NCBI RefSeq assembly: GCF_006345805.1
Contig: NC_043019.1
Location: 28,581,360 to 28,645,359 of the forward strand
Source of the DNA: Octopus sinensis
Taxonomy: Eukaryota
Reading direction: 5' to 3'
Length of the DNA stretch: 64,000 bases
In this document: in pieces, positions 12,541-26,420 of the stretch
Layout: each line of letters opens with the position of its first letter
Position numbering within the stretch: position 1 is the stretch's first letter
Notes under the pieces: model-generated
Database searches by the model: none
What the model saw: the letters and a program-made list of their open reading frames with translations, nothing else
Told to the model about the DNA's origin: nothing
Position numbers and translations under genes: made by a program

Positions 12541-14029
12541 AAGACTTTGGTGCACCTAGAGCTATAGTAGAAAACCTCCAATTAGCCATGCAGTAAAACT
12601 GGACCATGAACCATGTGGTTGGAAGCAAACTTCTTAAGTCACACCTACTGTACATACTATAATGCACGTGTGCATATTTTAGGGTTGTCTAGAAACAGGA
12701 AGAAGAAACAACTCTTAGATTATTGCAGTTGGAAGTAGCAGACCAAAACATCAAATTATCCTCAGACTGGAGGCCTGAATAAATTCAGTTTATTCAACAG
12801 GCTTCCACAGGGTCAAACTTTAGCCAAAGTAGAAGAAACTTCTCCAAGATGCTGCACAATGGCTATCACACCCAGAACCATGGATTCCAATTCAATCAGC
12901 TTCACCACATGGCCATACATGTATTCAGTTTAGATTGATCAAAACAAATGATAAAACATCAGATGCAGCTTGCTTCCTAAACTTTTAAGTAGGCTACTTT
13001 CTATTGTGTCTCTCTTATAGGGTTGTCGCAGTGTGTCCAGAAACAATGACTTAAATAAAGAACCACTAATTGTAACAGATAATCAGCTTTTCTTGGTGGT
13101 ATTCGATATGTTAAATTAATCAAACAAAATAGAGGAAAGGACAGTACATTTTAATCAAGCCATTTAATTTGTTCGTCAGATTGGTTAGAAATAATCTGAT
13201 GTGAAAAGTATTACAGCAGCTTCTGATTTTAAGTCTTTGAAACATAATGTAAGACCAATATTTATCTACGTGGAGATAAATGATTAAGTACTTTTAAAAT
13301 GACAACACTTAGTGTCTGTTGGGATAATGGCTAGTGTTAAGAACATTAGATCCAGTTGGTAAAATAAAGGTTTCAGGTACAGACACTGATCTGTATACTG
13401 TAGTAATATCCTTGACCCAAGAATATCGCCTGAAAGATTACTGTAGAGAATACAAACCAAAGACAATGACAACAACATATCCAGGATGAGGAAATAATTT
13501 GAAAAACAAACATGACCAATATTTAAATTTACTCTTCAGATAGAAAAAGCTGAACGATGCTCATGGGACTTGAAACCCACATCTCCTGTAAACGCGAGAG
13601 CTGTTCTAACTAACCACTGGACCAAAGCAATCCTTCGAATTTCTCTAAAAACTTCACTTACCAGCGAGAATAATTCTCATATTTGGAATGGTGTATCTTG
13701 AAGATAAAGCTATAAATAATAGCATGTAAATGTCAGGTTGAATACCTGTCAAGTTTACAGGACATGTGGGTTCAAGTCTCACAAGCAGCCTTTGACATTT
13801 GTCTATCCAAAGGATCTTTTAACCCAATATTTACACACTATTATTTACAGCTTTATCTGCTTCAAGATCCCCCATTTCAGAAAAGAATTATTTCAAGTTA
13901 TCTTGAAGTTTATAAATTCTTCTAGTGTCAAGTTTAAATTTATATTTTTTGTAAGTAATAACTATAAAATAATAGGCAAACATAAATTACTCTTTAAATA
14001 CTTTGCTAATTGTAACTAGGAGTCTGTCT

Positions 14030-14465
14030 GTAACAAGTGTTCCAGTTGATCCGATCAATAGAACAGCCTGCTCATGAAATTAACATGTCTGTCTCTATGT
14101 TCTGAGTTCAAATTCTGCCAAGGTTGACTTTGCCTTTCATCCTTTCGGGGTCGATAAATTGAGTACCAGTTGTGTACTGGGGTTGATCTAATCGACTGGC
14201 CCCCTCCCCAAAAATTTTGGGCCTTGTGTCTAGAGTAGAAAAGAATATAGTTTTCAGGGAGATTCAGCATGACACAGAATGTGACAAGGTTGGCCCGTTG
14301 TATTACAGGTATAACTCATTTTTGCCAGCTGAGTATAATGTGAAAAAAGTGAAGAGTAACATGAAATGGAGAGTCTTGCTCAAGGACACAATGTGCCACC
14401 AGGAATTGAACTTATGACCTTATGATCGTGAACTGAATACCCTAATTATTAAGCCATGCACCTTC
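14030..14465 (-). mobile_element. tRNA-SINE family E (minus) interrupted by a B2-type fragment (about 14095-14240, plus)
   Basis: gttccagttgatccgatcaa...gtcttgctcaaggacacaa shared with 18165-18455 and, in plus orientation, 53330-53590. Confidence 0.65.
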
Positions 14466-15604
14466 ACTTTACTAATTGTAGTAATGAAGAACTGCCTGGA
14501 GTTTAGTAAATAAAATACAGTTTATTAAGTAAAAGAGGGAAAGCTAAAAAAAAATTTAGTTATTCTTCAGGGTCTGTAGCCTTGAGAATAACATGGTGAC
14601 CTCAGTAGTGCTGGTGGCATGAATAAAGTACACCGTACATGCTGTGTAAAGTGGGTGGCATAAGGAAGGGCATCGTGACATAGAAACTATGCCAAAGCAG
14701 ACACTGGAGCACAAACCGTTCAGCCCATAGGATACATCATGGAATAGAGATGTTAAAATGATGATAATGAAGATATATACACTCACACCAAACATACCAT
14801 GAATAAATTCCTGGAGTAGGCAGTAGGATCTAATAAATACACCAACACTGGTTGTCAAGTAGTGGTGGAGACAAACAGACACACACACACACATAAATAT
14901 ATAATGGGCTTCTTATTTTAGGTTCTGTCTACCAAATCTGCTCACAAGGCTTTTGGCCAGCCCGAGGCTATAGCAGAAGAGACTTGCCCAAGGTACCACA
15001 CAGCGGGACTGAACCCAAAACCATACGGTTGGGAAGCAACCTTCCTACCACACAGTTATACCTTTTATTGTATTTTATAGTTTTACTCTATTTTATTTTC
15101 TCTCATCTTCCTCCCTATCTATCCTTCTAACAGGTTACTCTATAATCTTACTAATATATATATATGTGTATACATACATATATACATACACACACACATA
15201 CATACACTTGTACTTACATACTCATTATTACTATTTTAAACTTTCACATGAAACAGAATATCTCTTAAAATTAGCTCAATCACAAAATGCACACATGTAC
15301 ACACATGTAATATAACACACATGTGATATTACACACGTGCACATACTTACACTTTGTAACACACAGATGGTTTAGTTTCTGCTTCCGTTTAAACACTATT
15401 TTTTTGTACTATAGAGGTGAACTCCAGCACATAATTAATAGCATTATTCACTGGTATTATTATTACTTCATTTTCTGTTTTTTAGAAATATTTATAGTTC
15501 TAACCTGAATAGGTACAGCCTACCTTGTGTAACTAGACAGAATGTCCCTGATACAGTTGTAGGCAGATACTGGTAGATTAAAAGTGGAGATGTACATATC
15601 TATA

Positions 15605-15824
15605 TATGAGGGGGGCTGAAAAGTTCCTGGCTTAGGAGAATAGAAAATACAGGAGAATCAGTTAATTATGATTTTATTCAACATGCTCCAATCTCAAGTT
15701 CACATACCTATTGCAGTGGTTCTTCAGTTTTTCTGGGCCCTGTAAAAGAACTTGGAAGATAGGGCCTCCAACCAGGACTTTTGCGAGACCCTTAAAGCTA
15801 CGAACTTTTCAGCACCCCGTCGTA
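15605..15824 (+). mobile_element. Mariner-derived MITE with clear TIRs
   Basis: TA-tgaggggggctgaaaagttc ... gaacttttcagcaccccgtcg-TA. Confidence 0.85.
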
Positions 15825-15844
15825 TATGTGTGTGTGTGGGTGTG

Positions 15845-15975
15845 TGTTTGTTTTTAAGTTCAGTTATAATTAAAACTCTTTTACATTTATCTGAGGGGTT
15901 ACTCCATGCTTTTGCAGAGTGCAAATTTGTTCTCAAACAAGAATATTGTTGACAGTGACTCCAAAGTTTTAGCCA
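15845..15975 (+). repeat. Unclassified interspersed repeat of about 135 bp (family K)
   Basis: tgtttgtttt.a.gttcagttataa...ttactc.at.cttttg.aga.t.ca.att...aacaag...ttgacag recurs at 55114-55245 (plus) and 33325-33460 (minus). Confidence 0.7.
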
Positions 15976-16476
15976 GTTAAGTGATCGTCAGACTGCCTAT
16001 GATGGCTTAACTGGCCAAAACTTTGAAGCCATTGTCAACTATATTCTTGTTCGTGAACAACACAAACACACACACACACACATAGAGTGTAGTGAACTTG
16101 CCATGGGGGAGTGGAAAAACCAATGTTTCAGGCAGAATCCTTTGTGAGAGAAAAGTTGAAAGAAAAGAAATTAATGAGAGACCTAGATCCTATTTTTATC
16201 TACATGCAGAGATCTACATCCTATTTTTATCAATTCTACTATATAAGCCTTGTCAAAGCAGACCAACACTGGCTTCTTTGGAGTCTAAAAATGCTAGGAA
16301 ATCTCTAAAGACAGTAACCATTATCTTCACTGATCTCATATAAGAGTTCCATGTCAAAAACTGGACTGCAGTAAAAAGGAAAAAGAAGGAAATGGAAATA
16401 TAGTTGAAAAGTGAAATTTACCTTCAAGAAACTGTTTCTTAAGAGCTGAAAGATGAATGTCATCACTTGTGATTCC

Positions 16477-16683
16477 TACTGTATTTTCTGGCATACAAGT
16501 CAGATTTTTCAGACCAAAATTTATAGACAGAAAAAGAAAAATAGGTCAACTTATACACCAAAACAACTTTGGGGGACTAAAATTTCCATGTGAAATGCAG
16601 CAGAATTTGGAAAGATAATGATTGAATATTTATACATGTTTACATTATATACCATGTTGACTTGTATGTCATAAAATTCTGTA
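16477..16683. mobile_element. pogo/Tc2-like MITE (family F)
   Basis: TIR tactgtattttctggcatacaag. Other copies at 17034-17247, 39377-39570, 39673-39881 and 61106-61535, several ending gaaaata(c/t)(a/g)gta. Confidence 0.75.
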
Positions 16684-16746
16684 TGTATGCATGAGCTAAC
16701 AAAAGAAAGCCTCTAGATGGTCATTAGGTCTGTTAGAAATAGCAGC

Positions 16747-16981
16747 AAAAGGTGGCGAGCTGGCAGAAATGTTAGCACGCCGAGCGAAATGCTTAGTGGT
16801 ATTTCGTCTGCCGCTACGTTCTGAGTTCAAGTTCCGCCGAGGTCGACTTTACCTTTCATCCTTTCAGGGTCGATTAAATAAGTACCAGTTACGCACTGGG
16901 GTCAATATAATCGACTTAATCCCTTTGTCTGTCCTTGTTTGTCCCCTCTGTGTGTAGCCCCTAGTGAGCAGTAAAGAAATA
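16747..16981 (+). mobile_element. tRNA-derived SINE family B, full length, with TSD
   Basis: Head ggcgagctggcaga...ctgagttcaagttcc; central ctttcatcctttcagggtcgat (Deu/Nin-like from memory); 12-bp TSD agaaatagcagc at 16735-16746 and 16982-16993. Confidence 0.9.
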
Positions 16982-17566
16982 AGAAATAGCAGCTAAATCC
17001 CTTTCAAATCATACCCTATCTTAAATACAAACATATGATATTTTCCAGCATACAAGTGGAATTTTTCAAACAAAAAATTTACAGCCAAAAGAAAGGTAGG
17101 TTGACTTATACACCAAGACAACTTTGGGGGACCAAAAATTCCAGGTGAAATGCAACAGGATCTGGAAAAAGAGTGACAATGTTTGAATGCTTACACTATA
17201 TGACTACACTACATGCTATATCAACTTATATGTCAGAAAATATGGTAATCATTCAATCCGAGCTGTAAAAATATCCCCTAATTTTCGTCAGTAAACATCT
17301 TCCAAACACTTAGAGAAATGGTAAAATGATTGGCCAAATTAGTAATCTTGGCAAATATTCAATTGTACAGTAGTGATTTGGTAAAATCCAGAATTGGAGG
17401 AAAGTGGTAACAATCAGTATCAGGAGAACAATAATGAAATGCAAAATTAGTTTGTAGGTGTCAGTAAATTCAGTTGCCATTAGAATGTTAGATATTTACA
17501 CAAGACAGGAGTAACCTGTGGTTCGCAGGCCAAGAGGCTTTCTGAATGGCACACCAAACGAAAAAC

Positions 17567-17774
17567 TACTCTTTACTCTTTTACTTGTTTCAGTCATTTG
17601 ACTGCGGCCATGCTGGAGCACCACCTTTAATCGAGCAACTCGACCCCGGGACTTATTCTTTGTAAGCCCAGTACTTATTCTATCGGTCTCTTTTGCCGAA
17701 CCGCTAAGTGACGGGGACATAAACACACCAGCATTGGTTGTCAAGCAATACTAGGGGGACAAACACACACGCAC

Positions 17775-17853
<79 letters not shown>

Positions 17854-18017
17854 CATATGTATACGACGGGCTTCTTTCGGTTTCCGTCTACCAAATCCAC
17901 TCACAAGGCTTTGGTCGGCCCGAGGCTATAGTAGAAGACACTCGCCCAAGGTGCCACGCAGTGAGACTGAACCCGGAACCATGTGGTTGGTAAGCAAGCT
18001 ACTTACCACACAGCCAC
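17567..18017 (-). mobile_element. SINE family A, young, long (AT)n
   Basis: Near-consensus reverse complement with CpGs retained. Confidence 0.9.
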
Positions 18018-20774
18018 GAATTCTTTTTTTAAAAATGCAGCCTCCCGATGATGAGCCATGTCTAATGTGACCTGCTTCTCAGAAAGTGTTGCCCAGGACC
18101 GATTCACACTTTTCAAGACTATCAAACTCACCGACACAAATAAATAGATTTTATAAACTGGCACTCTGCCGGTTATGACAGGTGTTCCAGTTGATCCAAT
18201 GAACAGAATAACCTGCTCGTGAAATTAATGTGCAACAGGGTGAGCACTCCACAGATACATGTATCCTTAATGTAGTTCTCAGGGAGATTTAGTATCACAC
18301 ACCAAATGTGATAAGGCTGGCCCCTTCGAAATACAGGTACTACTCATTTTTGCTAACTGAGTGGACTGGAGCGGCACGAGATAAAAGTGCTTTGCTCAAG
18401 GACTCAACGTGCCACTGAGAATCAAACTGATGACCTAACAACAGTGAGCTGTCAGTTTAAATTGATTTTATATTGATTGCTTTGGTCCTAACAAAAATCA
18501 ATGAATGTGAAGTATAACCATTTCTACTTCAAGTCTAGCACGCTATATGCAATCACTATCGTTGTTTTAATGTCCACTTCCATGCTTGCAAATTGAGGTA
18601 AATTGTCTACAGCTGGATGCCCTTCCTGTCACCAACCCCCACCTGTTTCCAAGTAAGATTAATATTTCTCCATGGTCAGACGGGTTTCCACAGAATACTG
18701 GAAATGAAGGACATTCATTTAATGACATCACACGATGTCAAGACAAGGAAACACAAATTTACACACACATATATATATATATATATATTTACATATCATG
18801 GCTTCCACACAGTTTCCGACTCTCAAATCAACTCAGAGGGATTTTGGTTAGGCTGGGGATAGCAGAAGACACTTGCTCAAATTGCCACGCAGAGGGACTG
18901 AACCCAAACCTATGTAGTCGGAAAACAAATGTCTTATTAACCACACAGCGATGCCAGTCCTCAAGAAATGGGTGAGGTAGCCATGAGCTGACTGGAGCTA
19001 AAGAATAGCAATAACAACTCAATGGGTCACAAACTGTACACATTCAAAATTTATATACATGCAAGACTTTGTGCAGTAAAAGTAAGGTACTGCTTTGATC
19101 CCTAGGACTTGTAGAGCCAGTAACTCAGTTTTTGTAGTGTACAAATAACTGGAGTCACATTTCCCTTCAACAGGACACCAGTCCATTGCAGAGGTGCTCA
19201 TTTACAGTTGAGGGGACTGGAGCAACATGAAATGGAAGTGTCAGGAATCAAAACCATTATCTAGTAAATGAGAGTACAAACTCCCTAATCACTACGCCAC
19301 ATGCATTCACTTTGTTGCATGATAAATCCTTTCTACTATAGGTACAAGACCTGAAAGTTTTTAGGGGTGTTTTGTCAATTACAATAGCAATTTTGACACA
19401 TGACAAAACTGCTGGTTTACAATTTGTATTGTAAGTATAATACCATTGCTCAAGTGTGGTGGGGAGTCGTCCAAATAATAAACAACCACACACAACATGC
19501 TAACACAAACAGAAATAACAATCACACACATGCACACAAATAAACAATCACACACACATGCACACAGACAGAAATAAACAATCACACACACATGCTCACA
19601 TACAGACAGATCCAAGGTAAGCTTCCATACAGTTTCTGTCAACCAGTTTTATTCATAAGGCACTGGTCAGCGTAAGACAAGCTGCTCAATGAAATTGAAC
19701 CTGAAACCACTTTCGGTTGAAATTTCAGTGTTAATTTATCTTCCAAACAATAACTTAATAATGAGAAAAATTATTTTATTAAATTCTTCATTATTTTCAA
19801 AATCAAATAGATTGTTACCTGTTGCTACGCTGCTGGTAAGAATATTTGTTAATCATGCACATACTTTCATAAATTGTTCAAAGTGAAAATCTTTTCTTAA
19901 AGTTTGTGTTGCATTGTCTATATGTTGAAAAACACACACAAACAACCCCAAAAAATAACTATATGTATTAAATATACACATATAATCCAGTTTTGAAGTC
20001 TGTGTTGTGCTGTCTTGATGGACTTGCATTCAAAATTACTGCCTTTTTGATCAAAATTTGTAAGTTACTAAGGTGACAACACTACCTATTTATCTATCTT
20101 TCACACACACTTTCTCGCTCTCTCTCACTCACTCACTGTCTTACTCTCTCAATTTTTTCCTCCCCTTCCTCTCTCTCTCTCTCTGTACACACACAGAGAT
20201 GTTGCTATGGACAAACAGATAGAGATTAGCTTCTCTTTTATAATTTAAGACTGAAACAAAAACAGTGTATTTTAACAGAAATACGGTAACAAAAGGGTTA
20301 ACGTTGACTGTGACTCAGTGCTAAGCTAAAGTTTCAAAGATCTGTTAAAACAAAACTAGCTATGTGTCTGAAACTGCTACTAAACAATAAACATACTGTC
20401 AGCTCATAGCAATTTTAAAACTTTGCTATACTAATTTTCCTCAACAGGCCTACATTTATCAGCCTCTGTCTTTCCTCTCACACAAATTCACATATCCTAT
20501 CTAATTGGTTGTACTGCATTACTCTGAATATTGAGGTCATTCACACAACTTTGGTTGTGTGACCTATCTAATGAACAAAAGGCTAAATACTAAGTGCAAA
20601 CAAATTTCTTTAAAAAAAAACTGTCCAGGTAAGTTATTACAAGATAATAATTGATATGTTCAGTCTCAGTGTGTGTCACCCTGGGTGAAGGCCTTCAACT
20701 TTAGCCCTGGGCTGACCATAGACTTGCAAATGGATTTGGCAGACAAAAAGAAGCCCACTAAGTGTGTGTGTGTG

Positions 20775-21320
20775 TGTCTTTTACTTGTTAGTCATTAGAC
20801 CATGGCCATGCTGGGGCACCACCTTGAAGATTTTTAGTCAAATGAACCAACCCCAATACTTATTTTCGTTAAAGCTTGGCACTTGCTGAACTGCTAAGTC
20901 ACAGGTTGTAAACACACCAACACCGGTTGTCAAGTGGTGGTGGGTGATACAAACACAAAGACACACTCACACATGTATGCATATGACAGGCTTCCTTCAG
21001 TTTCCGTCTCCCAAATCTACTCACAAGAGTTTGGTCAGCCTGAGGCTATAGTAGAAGACACTTGCCCAAGGTGCCACACAGTGGGAGTGAAGCCCAAACC
21101 ATGTGGTTGGGAAGCAAACTTCTTTAACATATAGCCATGCTTGTATCTGTCCCCACACACCTTGTCTTGTTTGTTTGTATCCCTGTAACTTAGTGGTTCA
21201 GCATAAGAGATCAATAGAATAAGCACCAGAAAATAAGAACAGAGGTCAATTCGTTTGACTAAAACCCTTCAAGGAACTCCCCCAGCATGGCCGTAGTCCA
21301 ATGGCTGATACAAGTAAAGG
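20775..21320. mobile_element. Diverged family A minus copy followed by a plus-strand tail
   Basis: Motif matches to the family A head and tail. Confidence 0.7.
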
Positions 21321-21859
21321 ATAAAAGAAAGTAAATGAATGAGTCATACTATCAAAGTTTCATAGTCAGATGACATGATCATTTTTAAATATGCCTACAT
21401 TTTATCAACAATCTCGTTCAAATATTTGCTGCTGCTACTACAACCAACATTTGCACCTATAGGCTTCCATACTTACTCTATTAAGTTCCAGCACTTGCAA
21501 ATAATCACCAACATCCTCCTCACCTGGATAGTCTGGAATTTGCCACTCAACACTAGATCAAATCAAAAAATTTGTTTCAGGGTTCACATGGCCCTTGGAA
21601 GACCACATAGGATTTTGCTGTTAAAAATTTATGCGCAAGAACCCAGTTATACTTCTACAGAACATAAATATATTAATTATTTTAATACAATTCCTAATAT
21701 TTAATTATAAAAATATAATAGGACTTTTTTTAAAAATATTGAATGTTTAGTAGGGCCCAGTAGAGTAAAACAGAAATCAAAGAGGTCCATAGGTAAAAAA
21801 TGGTTGTGAACCCACTGGTCTATTCCCTCACTTGGACACCAAAATAAGTCTGTATCCAT

Positions 21860-22023
21860 AGACACAGGTCTAGGTGTGTGGTAAGAAGCTTGCTTCCTAA
21901 CCACATGGTTCTGGGTTCAGTTCTACTGCATAGAATCTTGGACAAGTGTCTTCTACTATAGTCTTGAGTCAACCAAAGCTTTGAGTGGATTTCATAGATG
22001 GAAACTGAAAGGAGTCCATCATG

Positions 22024-22105
<82 letters not shown>

Positions 22106-22600
22106 TATATATATATGTAAGGCAGCGAGCTGGCAGAAGCGTTAGCCCGCTGGGCGAAATGCGTAGCTGTATTTCGTCTGCCGTTACGTTCTGGGTTCAA
22201 ATTCCGCCGAGGTCGACTTTGCCTTTCATCCTTACGGGGTCGATAAATCAAGTACCAGTTACGCACTGGGGTCGATGTAATCGACTTAATCCATTAATCT
22301 GTCCTTGTTTGTCCCCTCTGTGTTTAACCTCTTGTGGGTAGTAAAGAAATATATATATATATATCTGTGTATGTATCTTTATGCCTGTCACCCCCATCAC
22401 CACTTGAGAACTGGAGTTGGTGTGTTTATTTATCTGTAACTTAGTGGTTTAGCAAAAGAGATCAACAGAATAAGTACTAGGCTTAAAAAGAATATATATA
22501 AAGTCCTGGAGCCAATTTACTCAGCTAAAACTTTTCGGGGTGCTGTTCCAGCATGGCCACAGTCAAATGACTGAAACAAGTAAAAGATAAAACATAAAAT
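21860..22600 (+). mobile_element. Family A copy with a full SINE B (22118-22348) nested in its (AT)n
   Basis: Order: A head, (AT)n, complete B, (AT)n, A tail. Confidence 0.85.
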
Positions 22601-23659
22601 GATCTTTTCCAGTTTTTTGCACTTGTCTTAACTGAAGTGTTGGTTTTTACATTAACCTACCAATGATGGAAACTTTAAATCAGTCATGGGGAACAGGTGG
22701 CCCAAATGACTTTCTGAATGGCATGCATAACAAAAAAAAATTCCCGTAATTTATTTTGGTAATATGGTCCACTTGTGATAAACTATGTGACCTACTTCTT
22801 TATATGGTTATTTGACCGGCTAAAAGTAACAACCAAATCTCTATCATAACACATGCTAGCTTCTTAAATAAGGTAAAAAGCATTTAGGACTATGTAGTTT
22901 TAAATAGGACATTCAAGGCTGGAAGGCCTTTAATAATGATTTCAAATTTTGGCACAAGGTCAGCAAGTTCAAGGGAGAGGGGGCTAAGTTGATTACATTG
23001 ACTCCAGTGTTCATTGGTAAGGATGAAAGGCAAAGTCAACCTCAGTGAAGTTTTAATGCAGAACATGAAGACAGACGAAATACCACTAAGCAATTTGCCC
23101 GGCATGCAAACAGTTCTGCCAGCTCACTGCCTTGGAATGCTTTTAATAATAGATTGACTAAATCAAGTAGTGAATCAGAGCAAGATAAAAATGCTTCACA
23201 CTATTTGTTCAAGTTCAGCGCTCTGAGTTCAAATGCCACCAAGGTCGACTTTGTCTTCCATCTTTTCGGGGTCAATGAAATAAAGCACAAGTCCAGGGCA
23301 GTGGTTTGTAGAATTGTTAGAGGGTCAGCTGTGGTGCCTTGTGATATTTGTTCTGGATTTTTGTATTTTGAGTTGTTGGGTGGTTGGCTTCATCCATTGA
23401 CCAGTTTAACACTACCACTGGTCATTGGGCCCGTTTAACTCTGTAACTACCCAATTAAATTTCATGGTCACTTTTGTAATAATAAATTATCCACCAAAAA
23501 GTAAAATTGATATATTCTGCTTCTGTAATACTTTTCTCAGTATCTCTTATCGGTATGATTTTTTTTTTCATATCCACCACCAAAAGTATTTGATTCTTGC
23601 TCTGTAAAGAGATATATAAGTGAAAAAATTGTGACAATCTGAAAAATTATCTTTCATAA

Positions 23660-24045
23660 GGCGCAGGAGTGGCTGTGTGGTAAGTAGCTTGCTAACCAAC
23701 CACATGGTTCCGGGTTCAGTCCCACTGTGTGACACCTTGGGCAAGTGTCTTCTACTATAGCCTCAGGCCGACCAAAGCCTAGTGAGTGGATTTGGTAGAC
23801 GGAAACTGAAAGAAGCCCGTCGTATATATGTATATATTGCATGTCTGTGTTTGTCCCCCTAGCATTGTTTGACAACCGATGCTGGTGTGTTTATGTCCCC
23901 GTTACTTAGCGGTTCGGCAAAAGAGACCAATAGAATAAGTATGGGCTTACAAAGAATAAGTCCTGGGGTCGAGTTGCTCGATTAAAGGCGGTGCTCCAGC
24001 ATGGCCGCAGTCAAATGACTGAAACAAGTAAAAGAGTAAAGAGAT
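23660..24045 (+). mobile_element. SINE family A, full length
   Basis: Near consensus, ends gtaaaagagtaaagag. Confidence 0.9.
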
Positions 24046-24964
24046 AGTATAAAAAGTGTCACTGGGGTTGACTCTGCTTCTCACAGCATATGGAGAGGTT
24101 TTGTTTCAAAGCCGTGAGATAAAGCTGCTTTCCACAGTTAATGGCAGCAAAATCTTGAGGAGATGTATCCATTTACTGCATTCAAAAGGTTAACAGAGTT
24201 TACACTGTTACAAGCATTCAAGTGAGGTCCCTGGTTTGAAGATAAAATCTCTTCTTTACATCTCAGAAAGCCTTAAAAATACTTTATCAAGAGTGCTGCC
24301 CTTCCTGACTAAATGTTAAAACAAAAATTAATGCCAACCAGGGGCTAAAGTGTTAATGGAGATTTCTAATTTAGATACAATGCCGGCAATTTTGAAAAGA
24401 GGGTTATAGTTGATTACATCAACTCTAGTATTTGATTTTAATGTTTTATCTTACGAGCCCAGAGAAATGAAAAGTAAAGTTGACCTTGGCAAGATTTGAA
24501 CCCAGGACATAGAGTCAGAAGACATGCCACAAAGTATTTTTCCCAATGCACTAATCATTCTACCTGCACATGAACAAGGGTTAATAATAAAGGTAAAGTA
24601 AGATGATGAGCTGGCAGAATCTTAGCAGCATTGAGATGTCTTTATACCCTGAATTGAAATGCCACCAAGGTTGACTTGGCCTTTCATCCTTTCGGGGTCA
24701 ATAAAATAAGTACCAGTTGAACACTGGGGTCAATGTAATAAACTTACTACCTTTCCTTTGAAATAAAAGTGAAGTAAGTCCTAGGACTCCATGGTAACCA
24801 GAGGAAAATATAAGTGACTGAGATCACAACATCCCTTCGCAAGGTTACTCGATTACAGCTGAGTGGACAGAAGCAATGTGAAATGAAGTATTTTGCTCAA
24901 GAGCATGATCTGTCTGGTCCACAGATTGAAACCACGGTCTTGCGATTATGAGTGTAATACCTAT

Positions 24965-25195
24965 TTTTTTACTACCCACAAGGGGCTAAACACAGAGGGG
25001 ACAAACAAGGAAAGACAAATGGATTAAGTCGATTACATCGACCCCAGTGCGTAACTGGTACTTAATTTATCAACCCTGAAAGGATGAAAGGCAAAGTCAA
25101 CCTCGGCGGTATTTGAACTCAGAACGTAACGACAGACGAAATACCGCTAAGCATTTCGCCCGGCAAGCTAAAGTTTCTGCCAGCTCACCACTTTT
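24965..25195 (-). mobile_element. SINE family B
   Basis: Reverse complement of 16747-16981. Further copies at 49300-49530 and 31565-31711 (partial). Confidence 0.9.
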
Positions 25196-26054
25196 ATTGT
25201 GAGTGTAATACCCTGACCATTAGGCCATCTATGTTTATTTCATTGATTTTAAATAAAAAAAAAATGGAGAAAATGCAGGACATTTTGGATAAAATAGTTC
25301 TGAATATACATGACAGGAATTCAAAACTTGATCTTGCAATTCTGAGTGCAACACCCTAACCACTAGGCTATACACCTTCATGTTAATAATAAAACTCTCA
25401 ATCAAATGTATGAATTCATTTTGCCCGACATTTAACCACCTCGAAACTAACAAATACAGATTTCATCACCAACGACTTATTTACAAATAGCTTCCGCTAT
25501 CTATCAACCGATTATTACTACAGAAAACACTTTCTTGAGGTAAACAGTGACAAGATGAAGTTAGCTGTTCACTGCCAAGCATTTTTGTCTGATTGTTTTA
25601 CAAAGAGTGGACTGTAATTTATGTAGTTCTCTACTCAACTACAAATCCAGACTGAATTTTATTGATTGTAACTGTATCTCGCATATAACTGACGCTCTCA
25701 CCAACATATTCATTAGCATACACTATAGATTTACCCCTTTAAACTTTCCTCAAGCTACTATATCACACTTAATATTACATTTAATGAAGTATTGTTACGT
25801 AAGCCTAGCAGCTTCCGACATCAGTTACAAATAAACAACCACAGCAGTGCCTTCAGTATATTAATATCTCTGAGGACCTTTTAGCTTTCAATTACTTCAT
25901 TAATTATCTCATTCACAAGTATCTTTAATGACAAATGTAGCCAGAGGACACTTCTACAAGGTCAATTAACCCACTAGAAATGACAACCAAATCTCAATCA
26001 TATTACACCCTATCATCTTAGAAAAGAAGAAAGGAATGTATTCCTGCATGCATT

Positions 26055-26420
26055 ACTCTTTTACTCTTTTACTTGTTTCAGTCATTTGACTGCGGCCATG
26101 CTGGAGCACCACCTTTAGTCGAGCAAATTGACCCCGGGACTTATTCTATCAGTCTCTTTTGCCGAACTGCTAGGTGACGGGGACATAAACACACCAGCAT
26201 CGGTTGTCGAGCAATGCTAGGGGGACAAACACACACACATACATATATATACATATATACGACAGGTTTCTTTCAGTTTCCGTCTACCAAATCCACTCAC
26301 AAGGCATTGGTCGGCCCGGTGCTATAGTAGAAGACACTTGCTTAAGGTGCCACGCAGTGGGACTGAACCTGGAACCATGTGGTTGGTAAACAAGCTACTT
26401 ACCACACAGCCACTCCTGCA
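26055..26420 (-). mobile_element. SINE family A
   Basis: Near consensus with a small tail deletion. Confidence 0.9.

Noticed and set aside
13284-13441. Possible minus-strand coding exon (RYSWVKDITTVYRSVSVPETF...)
   Set aside because: Good acceptor but no convincing donor and no recognisable protein; insufficient support.
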